Assembly: GCA_021814145.1 (NCBI GenBank)
Contig: JAKAIY010000003.1
Location: forward strand, 1-61,200
Direction of reading: 5' to 3'
Length of the DNA stretch: 61,200 nucleotides
Origin: Chloroflexota bacterium
GTDB taxonomy: Bacteria > Chloroflexota > Ktedonobacteria > Ktedonobacterales > JADMIN01
The notes below the pieces were generated by a model, which was given only the letters and a program-made list of their open reading frames with translations, was not told the DNA's origin and searched no databases. This document shows, piece after piece, positions 36,247 through 46,355 of this stretch. Both the position numbers and the translations under genes were made by a program. Within the stretch, counting starts at the first letter, position 1. Every line of letters begins with the position of its first letter.

Positions 36247-37116
36247 ATGGTGGAAACGCGGTATCTGACGCTCCCAGAGGGACGCGTCGCGTACGATGAC
36301 CAGGGGGCCGGGCCGGTTGTGATCTGCATGCCAGGAATTGGCGACATACGGGCGGAATATCGCCTGCTCACGCCACAGCTGCTCGCGGCGGGCTTCCGGG
36401 TCGTGACGATGGACCCACGCGGGCAGGGGGAGACCAGCGCCCGCTGGCCCGACTATTCCGTCGCGGCGATCGCGGGGGACGCGCTGGCGCTGGCGCGTGA
36501 GCTGCGCGCGGGTCCAGTGTATCTGATAGGGAATTCACGCGCGGGCGGCGTGGCGGCGTGGGCCGCCGCCGAGGCCCCGGAGCTGGTGGCGGGCGTCGTG
36601 ATGATCGCGCCTTTCGCGCGCGACAGCGCCACGCCGCGCTGGCAGGCGCGCCTGCTCCATCTGGGCATGTACACGCCACTCTTCAGCGGGCCGTGGGGGC
36701 CAGTGGTGTGGCGGCGCTACATGGCGACGCTTTATCCAACCGGCAAGCCAGACGATCTCGCGCCTTATCTGGCGCGCGTCGAGGCGACCATGCGCGAGCC
36801 GGGACGCATGCGCGCGCTGCTGGCGATATTCGCGCCCGCGGAAGTCTCGTATAATGAGCGCTTGAGCCGTGTAACCGCGCCCTCGCTTATTATCTTCGGG
36901 ACGAATGACCGGGACTTCGCTGAGCCAGAGACGGAGGCGCGCGCACTGGCCAGCGCGCTGGGTGGGCCTACGCGCGTAGAGTTGATCGCAGGCGCTGGCC
37001 ACTATCCACACGCTGAGATGGCTGAGCGAACAGGGGCGCTGATTACCGCGTTCCTCAAGGAGTTGCGCGATCAGCGGCGCGCGGCGAGCGCGACGGAGGT
37101 GGCGTATGGCGCTTGA
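36247..37116 (+). CDS. Alpha/beta fold hydrolase
   Basis: MPGIGD, DPRGQGET, GNSRAG nucleophile elbow, GAGHYPH. Confidence 0.9.
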   Translation: MVETRYLTLPEGRVAYDDQGAGPVVICMPGIGDIRAEYRLLTPQLLAAGFRVVTMDPRGQGETSARWPDYSVAAIAGDALALARELRAGPVYLIGNSRAGGVAAWAAAEAPELVAGVVMIAPFARDSATPRWQARLLHLGMYTPLFSGPWGPVVWRRYMATLYPTGKPDDLAPYLARVEATMREPGRMRALLAIFAPAEVSYNERLSRVTAPSLIIFGTNDRDFAEPETEARALASALGGPTRVELIAGAGHYPHAEMAERTGALITAFLKELRDQRRAASATEVAYGA

Positions 37117-37759
37117 GGCGCCGGATGACTCATCCCGCGCGGAGAATGGCTCTTCCGCGCCGGACGAGCGACGGCGGCGGGCTGGGCTTGACGACCGGGT
37201 CATCCTGCGCGCGGCGGGCGAGATCGCTGACCGCGAGGGGCTGGAGCGGCTGAGCCTGGCGCGGCTGGCGGAGCGGCTGGGGGTGCGCCCGCCATCGCTC
37301 TACAATCACATCGCGGGCCTGGACGGCGTGCGGCGCGGGCTGGCGCTGGAGGGCGCGCGCGCGCTGGCCGGGCGGCTGGCGCGCGCGGCGGTTGGCAAGC
37401 CGGGGCCGGATGGCGTTCGCGCGATTGGGATGGCGTATCGCGCCTACGCCCGCGAGCATCCCGGCCTCTACGCCGCGTTGCAGCGCGCCCCAGCGCCGGA
37501 TGACGCCGCGATGATCGCCGCCGCCGCGGATATCATCGCCATCCTGCGCGCCGCGCTGGCTCCCTGGCGCCTGGATGAAGTGGCGCAGGTCCACGCCATT
37601 CGCGCGCTGCGCAGCCTGGCGCACGGCTTTGTCTCACTGGAGGCTGCTGGCGGATTCGGCATGCCGTATGACCTGGAGGAAAGCTACGACTACGCGCTGG
37701 AACTGTTCATCAGGGGGCTGCCGGGCGGCGGAGGGCTCACCACAAGCGTGAGCGCGTGA
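37106..37759 (+). CDS. TetR-family regulator with WHG-type C-terminal domain
   Basis: LSLARLAERLGVRPPSLYNH; RSLAHGFVSLE. Confidence 0.9.
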   Translation: MALEAPDDSSRAENGSSAPDERRRRAGLDDRVILRAAGEIADREGLERLSLARLAERLGVRPPSLYNHIAGLDGVRRGLALEGARALAGRLARAAVGKPGPDGVRAIGMAYRAYAREHPGLYAALQRAPAPDDAAMIAAAADIIAILRAALAPWRLDEVAQVHAIRALRSLAHGFVSLEAAGGFGMPYDLEESYDYALELFIRGLPGGGGLTTSVSA

Positions 37760-38256
37760 CAGGCGTGAACAGGGCCTTTCGATAGTTGACCGGTCGGTGT
37801 GACTGGCCGCGTGAGGGCAGCAGCGATCGGGGCAGGCTTGTAACACACCTTTAGAAAAACCTGAGCGAGGTACCCGCCGAGCGGTTCGCCTGACCCGCGA
37901 TTGGCGGGCCGTCTGGTGGCAGGAGAGACACGAGATAATCCCTCCCATGCCCGCTCCTTTACCATCTGACCGCCATCTTAGTCACTCCCGCGGCGGCTAT
38001 GCTATACTGGCGGCAAGTCATGTGGCCGCGTATTCCCCGGCGCGACGACCATCGCCCAAAGCTCCCGCTTGCGTTGGCGTGAGCATGAGGTGTGACGTAT
38101 GCTCCTGGTGCGCGGTCGCGCGATGCGCCTGGGATGCGCCCGGTGGGTGTGGCGCGGGGAGACGCACAAGAAGAATCAGCTCCCGCCAGGCGCGATGGCT
38201 GTTCTCCGCATGAAGCCGCCGCGAGACCGCGAGACTACGATAAGAGGGAGCAGCGC

Positions 38257-41200
38257 ATGGGCAGATATTCATCCGGCGATGACTGGGATCCCGGCTGGGA
38301 AGATGACCGGGAGGAGCAGGGAAGCCGGGGCTCGTCGCCAGATAACGCCCGGCGCTCGCGCGCGCGCATGAGCGCGTCTCAAATCAATTCGGCGCTGCGC
38401 GAGGCGCAGCAGCTCCAGCAGGAAGAGCGGATCGGCGAGGCGGTCGCGATCTGTGAGGAACTGCTGGAGAGCGGTGTAGACCGCTCGGATGTGCATTACT
38501 TTCTCGGCTGGCTTTATCAGGAAGCGGACCGCTGGGAAGACGCGGCGAGCCAGTTCGAGCGCCTGCTCGACGATCCGGAATATTCGCTGTCGTGCTTTTA
38601 CGCGCTGGGCCAGTGCGCCCGGGCGCTGGGCGAGATCGCCGAGGCGGCGCAGTACTTCGACCAGGCGGTGGACCGGGTGAATCTGGACGCCCTGGAGCAG
38701 AATGAGTCTGATCAGCTGCTCCAGCTCTGCCAGGAAGCGGCTGAGGCGCACCGCGATATGAATGATATCGAGGGCGCGCAGACGATCTTCTCGGCGCTGC
38801 TGGGATATCTGCGCAGCCAGGGATGGCAGCGGCAGGTGAGCGAAGTGGAGCGGATGCAGCGCGAGACGCTCGGCTCCACGCCTCCCGCTCCGCGCCGCAA
38901 CCGCACGACGGGCTCGGTTGCGCGCCAGTTCAGCGAGGGCATTCCGCGGCGGCAGGCGGCCAGTGAGATGGGCGGAACGGGTGGCCCGGCGGGCGCGGCG
39001 AATCTGATGAGCGCCTCGCGCCCTGGCAGCGCGCCAGAAATCCCCCCCACGCCCGCCAGCGCCCCTGCCTGGGAGGGTGTGGGAGATGGCGCGGGAATGG
39101 GGACGGGCGGTATAGCCCCTGCTCAGGCCGCGCCGGAGCCGCCCGTCGCGCCCGCCACGCCAGTGACCCCGCCACCGGCGACCCCGGTGACGCCTGTCGC
39201 TCCTGCCATGCCCGCCGCGCCGTCGCCTGATATGACCGATCCGTTCGGCATGGGCGCCGGCATGATGACTGGCGGCATGGGCGCCGGCATGATGACTGGC
39301 GGCATGGGCGGCGCGTTTGGCGACGATAACGGGCTGGCGCGGGTGCTGGGCGCTCCGCCACCCTACGGCGGGGCTGCGCGGCCCGTGATTACCGGCGGGA
39401 TGATCAACGACCTCACGGGCGCGGCGCCAGGCGACCAGCTGGCGCAGATCATGACGAGCATCGCCGGGCCACAGGCGGGACTGCGGGCCAGCCTGGAGTT
39501 CCTCGCTCCCGCCCAACGCGCGCAGGTGACGCACAGCATCCAGGAGATCCAGAACTTCATCGGCCACGGGCTGCTGACGGCGGCGGTCGAGGAGTGCATG
39601 CGCGTCATGGAGCTCGCGCCGCAGTACCTCGATATCCATGTGCTGCTGGGTGAAATCTACGTCCGGCAAGGCAAGATCGAGCAGGCGGTCGCCAAGTATG
39701 TGATCCTGGCCGAGCAGTATCTGCTCTCAGGCCGGGTGGATGACGCCATCGCCACCTACCGCCGTATCCTGCAGCTGGAGCCGAACAACCTGCCGTACCG
39801 CGTGAAGCTGATCGAGCAGCTCTCGCGTCAGGGGCGGCTGGAGGAGGCGCTGAACGAGCGCATGGCCGCGGCGGAGGCGTATCTGCGCGCGGGCCACGCC
39901 GAACGGGCGGCGCAGGAGTACGAGCAGGCGCTGCTGGCCTGGCCAGCGAACATCCAGGTGCGGCTGTCTTACGCCAACGCGCTGATGAAGGCTGGGCGCG
40001 CTGTCCAGGCGGTCGCGGAATACCAGCGCATCCTGCAGACTGATCCCGGTGTGACGATGGCGCTGGCCCGCTGGCAGATCGCGCTGGCGACGGGCGTGGG
40101 TATCTCGCCAGGGATGAGCGCGCCGGGGGCCGGCACAGGCAAGATGGCGACGCTGGAGACGCTGGGGCGCCTGCTGCGGGCGCTGCGGGCGGAGAATTTC
40201 CGCGGCTACGATGAGATCGTCCGCGAGTATGTGATGGCGCTGGACCAGAACCTGGGCAACGCCGATCTGCGCTACGCGCTGGGCGAGATTCACCTGGCCG
40301 CCGGACGGCAGCAGGAGGCGGCGACGGCCTTCCAGCAGATTGTTTCGGCGCCGGGATACGAGGTTCTGGCGCGCTACGCCCTGGGGCAGGTATACCTGCT
40401 GGCGGGCGAGCAGGTGGGCGCGGCGCAGGCGGTGCGCGAGCTGGAGGAGGCGGCGGCGGTCGTGCGGCGGTCGCCGCCAGAGCCGGTGGTGTGGGCGGCG
40501 CGCCCGCGCTCGGATAGCGAGGAGCGGCTGGCGCCAGAGATCGAGATTTCGACACTGCTGGCGCGGGCCTACCAGCTTTCGGGCCAGGTGGCGAAGATGC
40601 AGTCGGCGCTGGAATCGGTCAGCCAGAACCGCACGCGCAGCGACGAGATATACACCCTGATCGCCGAAGTGGCGGCGCGGCGGCCTGACCGCGCGGGCCA
40701 GCTCCAGGAGTACGCCCAGATTGTGCGGCAGTTCCGCGCCAACCGGCAGGTGGAGAACGCGGTGCTGATCCTGCGCGAGATGCAGCGGCTCGCCCCCGAT
40801 GACCCCGCCGTGCGCAGCGAGCTGGCGGACATTCAACTGAGCCGGGGCCAGCTGGACGAGGGCGCGTCTGAGCTGCGGGCGCTGGCGGATATCTATATCC
40901 GCCGGGGCGCGCTGGCCGAGGCGTCGCAGGTCTACCAGCGGCTGGCCGAAATCGCCTGGGACTCGGGCAGCCACGAGGAGGCGCTGGGCCAGCTCCGTCA
41001 GGCGATCCAGTTCGCCACGGAGGATATGGCGCTGCGGCATCAGTTCGTCCAGTATTGCCTGGAGATGGGGCGCGGCGCTGACGCCGTGGAGCAACAGACG
41101 GTCATCGCGCGCTACTACTTCGCCAGCCGCCAGTCGCGCGAGGCGGTCGCCGCGCTCCAGCAGCTGATCGCGATGGACAAGACGAATTTCGAGGCGTACG

Positions 41201-41343
41201 ACCTGCTTGGCCAGACGTACTACTCCGTTGGCGAATACGAGCAGGCGGCGCGCGTCTATCGCAACCTCGCCCGCGTGGACCCCACCAACCAGCTTGCCCG
41301 CGTGCGCCTGCAGGAGCTGGCGTCGGTCCGCTCGCAGATGTAG
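38257..41343 (+). CDS. Large (about 1028 aa) TPR-repeat protein with a central Pro/Gly/Met-rich linker
   Basis: Many TPR units (VHYFLGWLY, CFYALGQC, IHVLLGEIY, AYDLLGQTYY). Confidence 0.85.
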   Translation: MGRYSSGDDWDPGWEDDREEQGSRGSSPDNARRSRARMSASQINSALREAQQLQQEERIGEAVAICEELLESGVDRSDVHYFLGWLYQEADRWEDAASQFERLLDDPEYSLSCFYALGQCARALGEIAEAAQYFDQAVDRVNLDALEQNESDQLLQLCQEAAEAHRDMNDIEGAQTIFSALLGYLRSQGWQRQVSEVERMQRETLGSTPPAPRRNRTTGSVARQFSEGIPRRQAASEMGGTGGPAGAANLMSASRPGSAPEIPPTPASAPAWEGVGDGAGMGTGGIAPAQAAPEPPVAPATPVTPPPATPVTPVAPAMPAAPSPDMTDPFGMGAGMMTGGMGAGMMTGGMGGAFGDDNGLARVLGAPPPYGGAARPVITGGMINDLTGAAPGDQLAQIMTSIAGPQAGLRASLEFLAPAQRAQVTHSIQEIQNFIGHGLLTAAVEECMRVMELAPQYLDIHVLLGEIYVRQGKIEQAVAKYVILAEQYLLSGRVDDAIATYRRILQLEPNNLPYRVKLIEQLSRQGRLEEALNERMAAAEAYLRAGHAERAAQEYEQALLAWPANIQVRLSYANALMKAGRAVQAVAEYQRILQTDPGVTMALARWQIALATGVGISPGMSAPGAGTGKMATLETLGRLLRALRAENFRGYDEIVREYVMALDQNLGNADLRYALGEIHLAAGRQQEAATAFQQIVSAPGYEVLARYALGQVYLLAGEQVGAAQAVRELEEAAAVVRRSPPEPVVWAARPRSDSEERLAPEIEISTLLARAYQLSGQVAKMQSALESVSQNRTRSDEIYTLIAEVAARRPDRAGQLQEYAQIVRQFRANRQVENAVLILREMQRLAPDDPAVRSELADIQLSRGQLDEGASELRALADIYIRRGALAEASQVYQRLAEIAWDSGSHEEALGQLRQAIQFATEDMALRHQFVQYCLEMGRGADAVEQQTVIARYYFASRQSREAVAALQQLIAMDKTNFEAYDLLGQTYYSVGEYEQAARVYRNLARVDPTNQLARVRLQELASVRSQM
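39247..39310 (+). repeat. 27-bp perfect tandem repeat (about 2.4 copies) encoding GMGAGMMTG
   Basis: GGCATGGGCGCCGGCATGATGACTGGC twice, plus a partial third copy. Confidence 0.9.
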
Positions 41344-41400
41344 CGCGGGCGGACCGTATGGCCGGCTGGCCCTGCGCCGCGCCCGCAGGCACCTGGCCGG

Positions 41401-42351
41401 CTAATACGCGACGAAGGTGTACGTGCCGGAGTAGGTCTTGCCGTTGATGGTGGTGGTAGCGGTGAGGAAGACCGGTGTCCCCTGCCCCGCGCCGTATCGT
41501 AGCTGGGCGGAGGCCATGCCATAGGCGTTGGTGGTCAGCGGACCCAGGCGCGGCCCGCTGCCGCCACCCACTTGCGTCTGGATGTAGACACGGGCCTGGG
41601 CGACCGGCTCGGTGTTATCGGAGACGCGGACGAAGACGGTGACAGAGCCGCCAGCGGGCATGGTATTGGAAGTCCACACGCCAACGGTATAGGTCATGGG
41701 GCCAGGAGTGGGGGAGCCGTCGCTATTGTTGAGCGGCGAAATGATGACGCTGCCCGGCGTGGACTCCTGCTGGGTGGTGTTGACGGCGGCGGCGCTGGCG
41801 AAGACACTGGAAACTTGCCGGGCGACGGAGATGCCCAGGTTGCCCACGATGACGGCGATGATGACGCCGGCCACCAGGAGCGCCACCGGAACCGCGCGCC
41901 GCCGCCAGTAGCCAGGTCGCCGCGCGCGCTCGCGCCAGTGGAACGGCATGGCGTCCGCCAGCCAGTTATGGATGCGCTCGTAGGTATTCGGTTCGATGAG
42001 CCAGGAGGCCAGCAAGCGCACCGGGTCCGTCTCAGAGCTGACCGGGCGCTCTGGCCTGGTCTTTGTTGACGTGTCCTTTGGCGGCCTGGGCTGCGAGGCG
42101 CGCGGCGTGGGAGGCTCCTCAGGCGCGCGGGGCGCGGAGCCAGCGGACATGCGCGACGCCTCGGGGCTGGCGGTCGCTTCTGAGCGGATGCTGTTCAATC
42201 GCTCATCGAGCGGAGCGTTGAATTGCCGCTGGCTCGATCCGCCGCGTGGCCGTTGCTGGGAACGCTTGCCGCGGGATCTGTTTCCTCCGCTCTGACCGGA
42301 CTTCCTTGCGCTGGCGCGTTGACCGCGCGGACCAGAACTTCGGGGTTCCAC
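41401..42351 (-). CDS. Single-pass membrane protein with disordered N-terminus and Ig-like C-terminal domain
   Basis: Arg/Ser-rich N-terminus, TM AVPVALLVAGVIIAVIVG, beta-rich C-terminus. Confidence 0.65.
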   Translation of the reverse strand: MEPRSSGPRGQRASARKSGQSGGNRSRGKRSQQRPRGGSSQRQFNAPLDERLNSIRSEATASPEASRMSAGSAPRAPEEPPTPRASQPRPPKDTSTKTRPERPVSSETDPVRLLASWLIEPNTYERIHNWLADAMPFHWRERARRPGYWRRRAVPVALLVAGVIIAVIVGNLGISVARQVSSVFASAAAVNTTQQESTPGSVIISPLNNSDGSPTPGPMTYTVGVWTSNTMPAGGSVTVFVRVSDNTEPVAQARVYIQTQVGGGSGPRLGPLTTNAYGMASAQLRYGAGQGTPVFLTATTTINGKTYSGTYTFVAY

Positions 42352-42811
42352 TGGGTGGCCTCCAGGAGGAATATTGAGAAGCCCGGCGCGCCAGGTAGCT
42401 AGCGCGCGAGCGCGAACAGTGATCGCTTGACAGGTAGATGGATCGCGCTGGCGAAACCGAAGCCTGCCTGGCGCGGACTGGATGCGCCGGCGCCGCGCGA
42501 GGCTGGATCATCCCTCTGGCTCATTGAAAGGGAAGCGCCGCGGCCATTGCGGCGCCGGGGCTGGACACCAGCAAACGCCTGCTGGCGTCGTGGTGATGGC
42601 TGGTCGTAGAAGCGGGCGGACTCAGGCGCGCGGCCTGACCTGAGGGGGCGGCGATTTCCCCTCGCTCGCTCCATTCCTCCCTCATCATGTTACGCGTTCG
42701 GGCCGGTTATGGTCACAGCCAGCCCGAGAGGCCCACATCGCGCTCCGTCGCGCTTCGCCAGCGACTCGCAGGCAGCGGTTCTTCGCGCGGGAGCGTCCCC
42801 GCGGACGCGGT

Positions 42812-43807
42812 CTACTCCGCGTCTCCGGCGCCATGTTGCTCGCGTCTGCGGCGCAGAAACGTCTCGACATCAAAAATCGCCTCTTCCGGGCTGGGCAGCT
42901 CACCCACGCGCGGAATGTTGTGGACGCCGGAGAGATCAGGCGCGAAGCGTCCGCCCGCGCCGGACTCGCCGGCGTCTGTCGCGTCAGTCTCTTTCGCGCC
43001 AGGTTTGGTGTCGCTGAGGCGCTGCTCCAGGGTATGGACATATGCGGTGACTTCCGGGTCGGCGGCCACCAGGCTGGAGACCCGGCTGGTGAAGCGGCGG
43101 GCGGCGCGGGCAAGGTCCCGCAGGTTCAGGTCGAAGTCGTAAATCTGGTCAACACGGCGCAGCAGGGCCTCGGCGACGGGCAGATTGGGCGCGGCGGCGA
43201 CGTAGTGCGGCGTGGCGGCCCAGAGGCTGGTGGTCGCGATGCCATCACGGCGGGCGATGTCCTGTACGGCGGTAAGGATGCCGGTAGGGCCGGAGTAGCT
43301 GGCGCGCTCGACGCCCAGGAGGTCCATACGGCGCAGCGTGGCGGCGCGGCTGCTGGCGCCAGTGACATGGACGGGCGCGGTATGGGGCGCTTCGGCAGAG
43401 AAGGCGCCGAGGAGGGTTATCTCATCAACGCCAAGCTGGTGGCAAAGCTCGGTCATCTCGCGGGCGAAGGTCTTCCAGCGCAGGTGCGGCTCCTCGCCGA
43501 GGAAGAGCACGACATCGCGCGTCTCGCTCTCCGCGTCTCCGCGCGCGGCGTGATAAACATAGAACCGGTTGCCAGGCCAGCTGAGACGGCGCACCACGCC
43601 GCCCGAGATATGGGCTGTGGGCCGTATCTCGGTGAAATCGTAGAAGATGTCGGGGTCAATCTCGGCGAATGGCTCCGCGTCCCACTGGTTGATGAGGAAC
43701 TTGATCGCCCAGGTCGCGGCGCTGGCGGCGTCGTTCCATCCGGCGAAGGCTCCGATGAGGATTGGCCGCGTGAGTTGCTGCGGCCGGGAGACATGCGCGT
43801 GTTCCAT
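42812..43807 (-). CDS. PAC2 (proteasome assembly chaperone)-family protein
   Basis: AFAGWNDAA, FYDFTEIRP, GEEPHLRW, YSGPTGI, LWAATPHY. Confidence 0.88.
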   Translation of the reverse strand: MEHAHVSRPQQLTRPILIGAFAGWNDAASAATWAIKFLINQWDAEPFAEIDPDIFYDFTEIRPTAHISGGVVRRLSWPGNRFYVYHAARGDAESETRDVVLFLGEEPHLRWKTFAREMTELCHQLGVDEITLLGAFSAEAPHTAPVHVTGASSRAATLRRMDLLGVERASYSGPTGILTAVQDIARRDGIATTSLWAATPHYVAAAPNLPVAEALLRRVDQIYDFDLNLRDLARAARRFTSRVSSLVAADPEVTAYVHTLEQRLSDTKPGAKETDATDAGESGAGGRFAPDLSGVHNIPRVGELPSPEEAIFDVETFLRRRREQHGAGDAE

Positions 43808-44264
43808 ACTGCAGCGCCGCCTCTCTAGGCTCTCTGACAGCGTGAAGATGCTCACGGCGGTGCGCCCATCCCCCTGGATGGGCGCTCGTCACTGGCCCCT
43901 GTACGCCGCGTCCGCTAGAGGTAGTATAGCACCCGGCGCCCACCATGCGCGTCAAATTAGGAGTAGAAAAAACCGGGCGAAGCGGGAGTCGCGGGAATGC
44001 CAGCGGTCCTTAAGGAAGGGGCTGGAATGCGGCGCGATGCGTGGAGAACGCGCGGCGCCACCCGGCCTGAAGCGCTCCGACGGCGAGGCGGAAAAGGCGG
44101 AAAAGCGGGCCGGCCGGACGGTGTGAGGCAGGTGTGAAACCCGGCGCTCAATTCTTGCGCTGGCTGTGACGCGCTTGCTGTAAGGTAGAAGCACGGGGAG
44201 TAGGACGCTCATCAAGGGGCGTTTCCACTTGTCCCCGTATTGGGGGGGGAAGGAAGGTAGCGAT

Positions 44265-44633
44265 ATGTTGAGCTATTGGTTCCCCGCGCCCATTTCGTAT
44301 TGGTGGCCACTGCTGTTCGCTGTCGGGTTCGCCGTCATCGCCGTCATCGCCGTCTATGCGACGCTCAGGCGGCGTGAAGAGGAGCCAGACGCGAATACCA
44401 TCGCGGCATTGTACGGAATTGGTTTCGGGCTGGCCGCGGTGAGCGAGTTCATGATGTACCTGGACGTCGCGTTTGGGTTGTCGCTCGCCACAGCCTTCAC
44501 GATGGCCACTGGTGTCGTGACGTTCTTCGTGATCGCGGCGCTGGTGGTCGCTGTGCTTGCGATTGGCGCCGCGGCGGTGATGCAGTTCAGGGAAGAGGGC
44601 TCGTACCGGGCTACGCATGGGTACGCCCACTAA
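44265..44633 (+). CDS. Small membrane protein (about 3 TM helices)
   Basis: Three hydrophobic segments; GGAAGG RBS. Confidence 0.7.
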   Translation: MLSYWFPAPISYWWPLLFAVGFAVIAVIAVYATLRRREEEPDANTIAALYGIGFGLAAVSEFMMYLDVAFGLSLATAFTMATGVVTFFVIAALVVAVLAIGAAAVMQFREEGSYRATHGYAH

Positions 44634-44657
44634 CGAGCGTGGCGGCGCCATCAACCA

Positions 44658-44690
44658 GAGGGCCAGCCCTGGCGCTGGCCCTCTCTTTGT
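44658..44690 (+). terminator. Probable terminator between convergent genes
   Basis: AGAGGGCCAGC-cctggc-GCTGGCCCTCT followed by CTTTGT. Confidence 0.65.
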
Positions 44691-44720
44691 CGTCGGATGG
44701 CCCGGTGGCGGCGGGGAAAA

Positions 44721-46355
44721 TCATCCGCCCGCGTGTACGGCGAATTGGGACGAGTCGTAGACGGTGATGGGGTACGTCTGGATCATACCACTATTGTTTG
44801 GCTGCGCGCCTTCCACGATGAGGTACGGGCCAACGACTTGTGAGACGGCGATTTGCGATAGGACGAGCCGCTCTTCAGTCAGGTCCCAGAAGTAGCCAGA
44901 GCCGAGCGCGATGAGCCGCGTATTGAGCGGCCCGTTGCTCCCAGGTCCACCACCCCCAGAAATGCCGCCGATTGGCCAGCGCGCGAGGAAAGTGAATTGG
45001 CCACCGGACGCGAAGGCGTTATCCAGCCGGTAGAGTTCGCCATAGGTCACGTTGACGGGCTGGCCCTGCGCGTTCACGCCGTTGAGATTCACGCTCCTTA
45101 TGGCATAGAGCGCGCCTCCAACCATCTCTACAGAATAGTCGAACCCAAACATGGAGGCTGCGGTTTGCGTCTGCCCAGCAACCCGCGCGGTGACAGGAGT
45201 GTTTACCCCTGTCGTCAGATCAAGAATGTTGAGCGTTGAGGCTGGCTGCCGCTCGCCCGGCGTCGCAATTGGCGTTTCGGTATAGATCAGGTATGGATAC
45301 TGGAAATCAACCAACCGTTCCTGTGGTTCGATAGTATCAGCGCTGGCTGGCTGCGATCCAATTGGCAGCGTCAGCGTCACCTGATGGGTAGCGAGATTGG
45401 CTACCCAAACCTGACCTTCCATCGTCACAAAGGCCACGTGATCAGCGCTTGTCATATCCGACTGGTCACCGCCATAAGGGACGAGACCATTAGGACCTGG
45501 AGGGCCAGGGTCAATTTCCCAAGTCTTGCCAGTCGCGCGGTCGAGTGACCAGATGGTGGTATGGCAGGGGCCGCAGGTTGCGCCGGGCGCGGTGTCGTAG
45601 TAATAGACGATGTACTGGCTGTCTATCATGGACATGCGGCCAGTTGGACTGAGGCGAGTAATGGCGCCCGTCGCGGTGGCATAGAGCGCCAGCGGCGGCT
45701 GGTTCTGCGCAAGCCCCGCTGTCGCCGCCGCTATACTCAAGAGATTGCCGCCTACCGCGCTCAGATCGCCGGAAAACACCTGCGGAAAGAACGCGGAGCC
45801 TCCATTGGGCGCAATGGTGAAGCGCTTCACCGGCGTCACCGTTCCCCACGCGACACTGGCGGGAACAGCCTGCGTGTAGGGAGGAATGACCACCGTCGCG
45901 GGCGTCGCGGTCGGGTAGATCGGCTTCAGGCTCGTCGGCGACGCGATGCCAGTGGTCGGAGTGGGGCCGTTCGCCGGCTGGCGTCCGATGCTCGCGAAGA
46001 CATAGACGAAGAGCAGGATCAGCGCCGCCACTGGGGCCAGCGCCGCCAGCCCGGCCCACACACGCCGCCCGCCGCCCATGCTCCAGATGCGCCGCCCGCC
46101 GCGTGTGCGCCCAGACCGGCTCGCCAGCCGCGCATGCACGCCATCGAGAATGCGGTCGCCGGGATCAAGCTCGCGCTGGGCGCGCAGCGCTCCCGCCAGC
46201 GCTTCGAAGTCCGCCATGCGCGCCTGGCAGGCGGCGCAGCCCGCGATGTGCGCCCGCAGCTTCTCCGCTTCGGCAGCGGGCAACGCCTCGTCGCGCAGCG
46301 CGGAGAGCTGGTCGAGCGCCACGTCCTCGGCGCAGGTCAACGTCTCATGCGTCAT
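44721..46355 (-). CDS. Zinc-binding (zf-HC2/ZAS) transmembrane anti-sigma factor with a large extracellular domain
   Basis: HIAGCAAC (HxxxCxxC), a TM helix, a Thr/Pro linker and a beta-rich ectodomain; ATGA overlap with the sigma gene. Confidence 0.85.
   Translation of the reverse strand: MTHETLTCAEDVALDQLSALRDEALPAAEAEKLRAHIAGCAACQARMADFEALAGALRAQRELDPGDRILDGVHARLASRSGRTRGGRRIWSMGGGRRVWAGLAALAPVAALILLFVYVFASIGRQPANGPTPTTGIASPTSLKPIYPTATPATVVIPPYTQAVPASVAWGTVTPVKRFTIAPNGGSAFFPQVFSGDLSAVGGNLLSIAAATAGLAQNQPPLALYATATGAITRLSPTGRMSMIDSQYIVYYYDTAPGATCGPCHTTIWSLDRATGKTWEIDPGPPGPNGLVPYGGDQSDMTSADHVAFVTMEGQVWVANLATHQVTLTLPIGSQPASADTIEPQERLVDFQYPYLIYTETPIATPGERQPASTLNILDLTTGVNTPVTARVAGQTQTAASMFGFDYSVEMVGGALYAIRSVNLNGVNAQGQPVNVTYGELYRLDNAFASGGQFTFLARWPIGGISGGGGPGSNGPLNTRLIALGSGYFWDLTEERLVLSQIAVSQVVGPYLIVEGAQPNNSGMIQTYPITVYDSSQFAVHAGG

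Noticed and set aside
42399-42674. 91-aa ORF between the PAC2 gene and the membrane-protein gene
   Set aside because: The SD is too close to the ATG, and the sequence is low-complexity with no motif. It cannot be supported.
44134-44160. SigW-type ECF promoter (TGAAAC)
   Set aside because: No CGTA/CGTC -10 element at the expected spacing.
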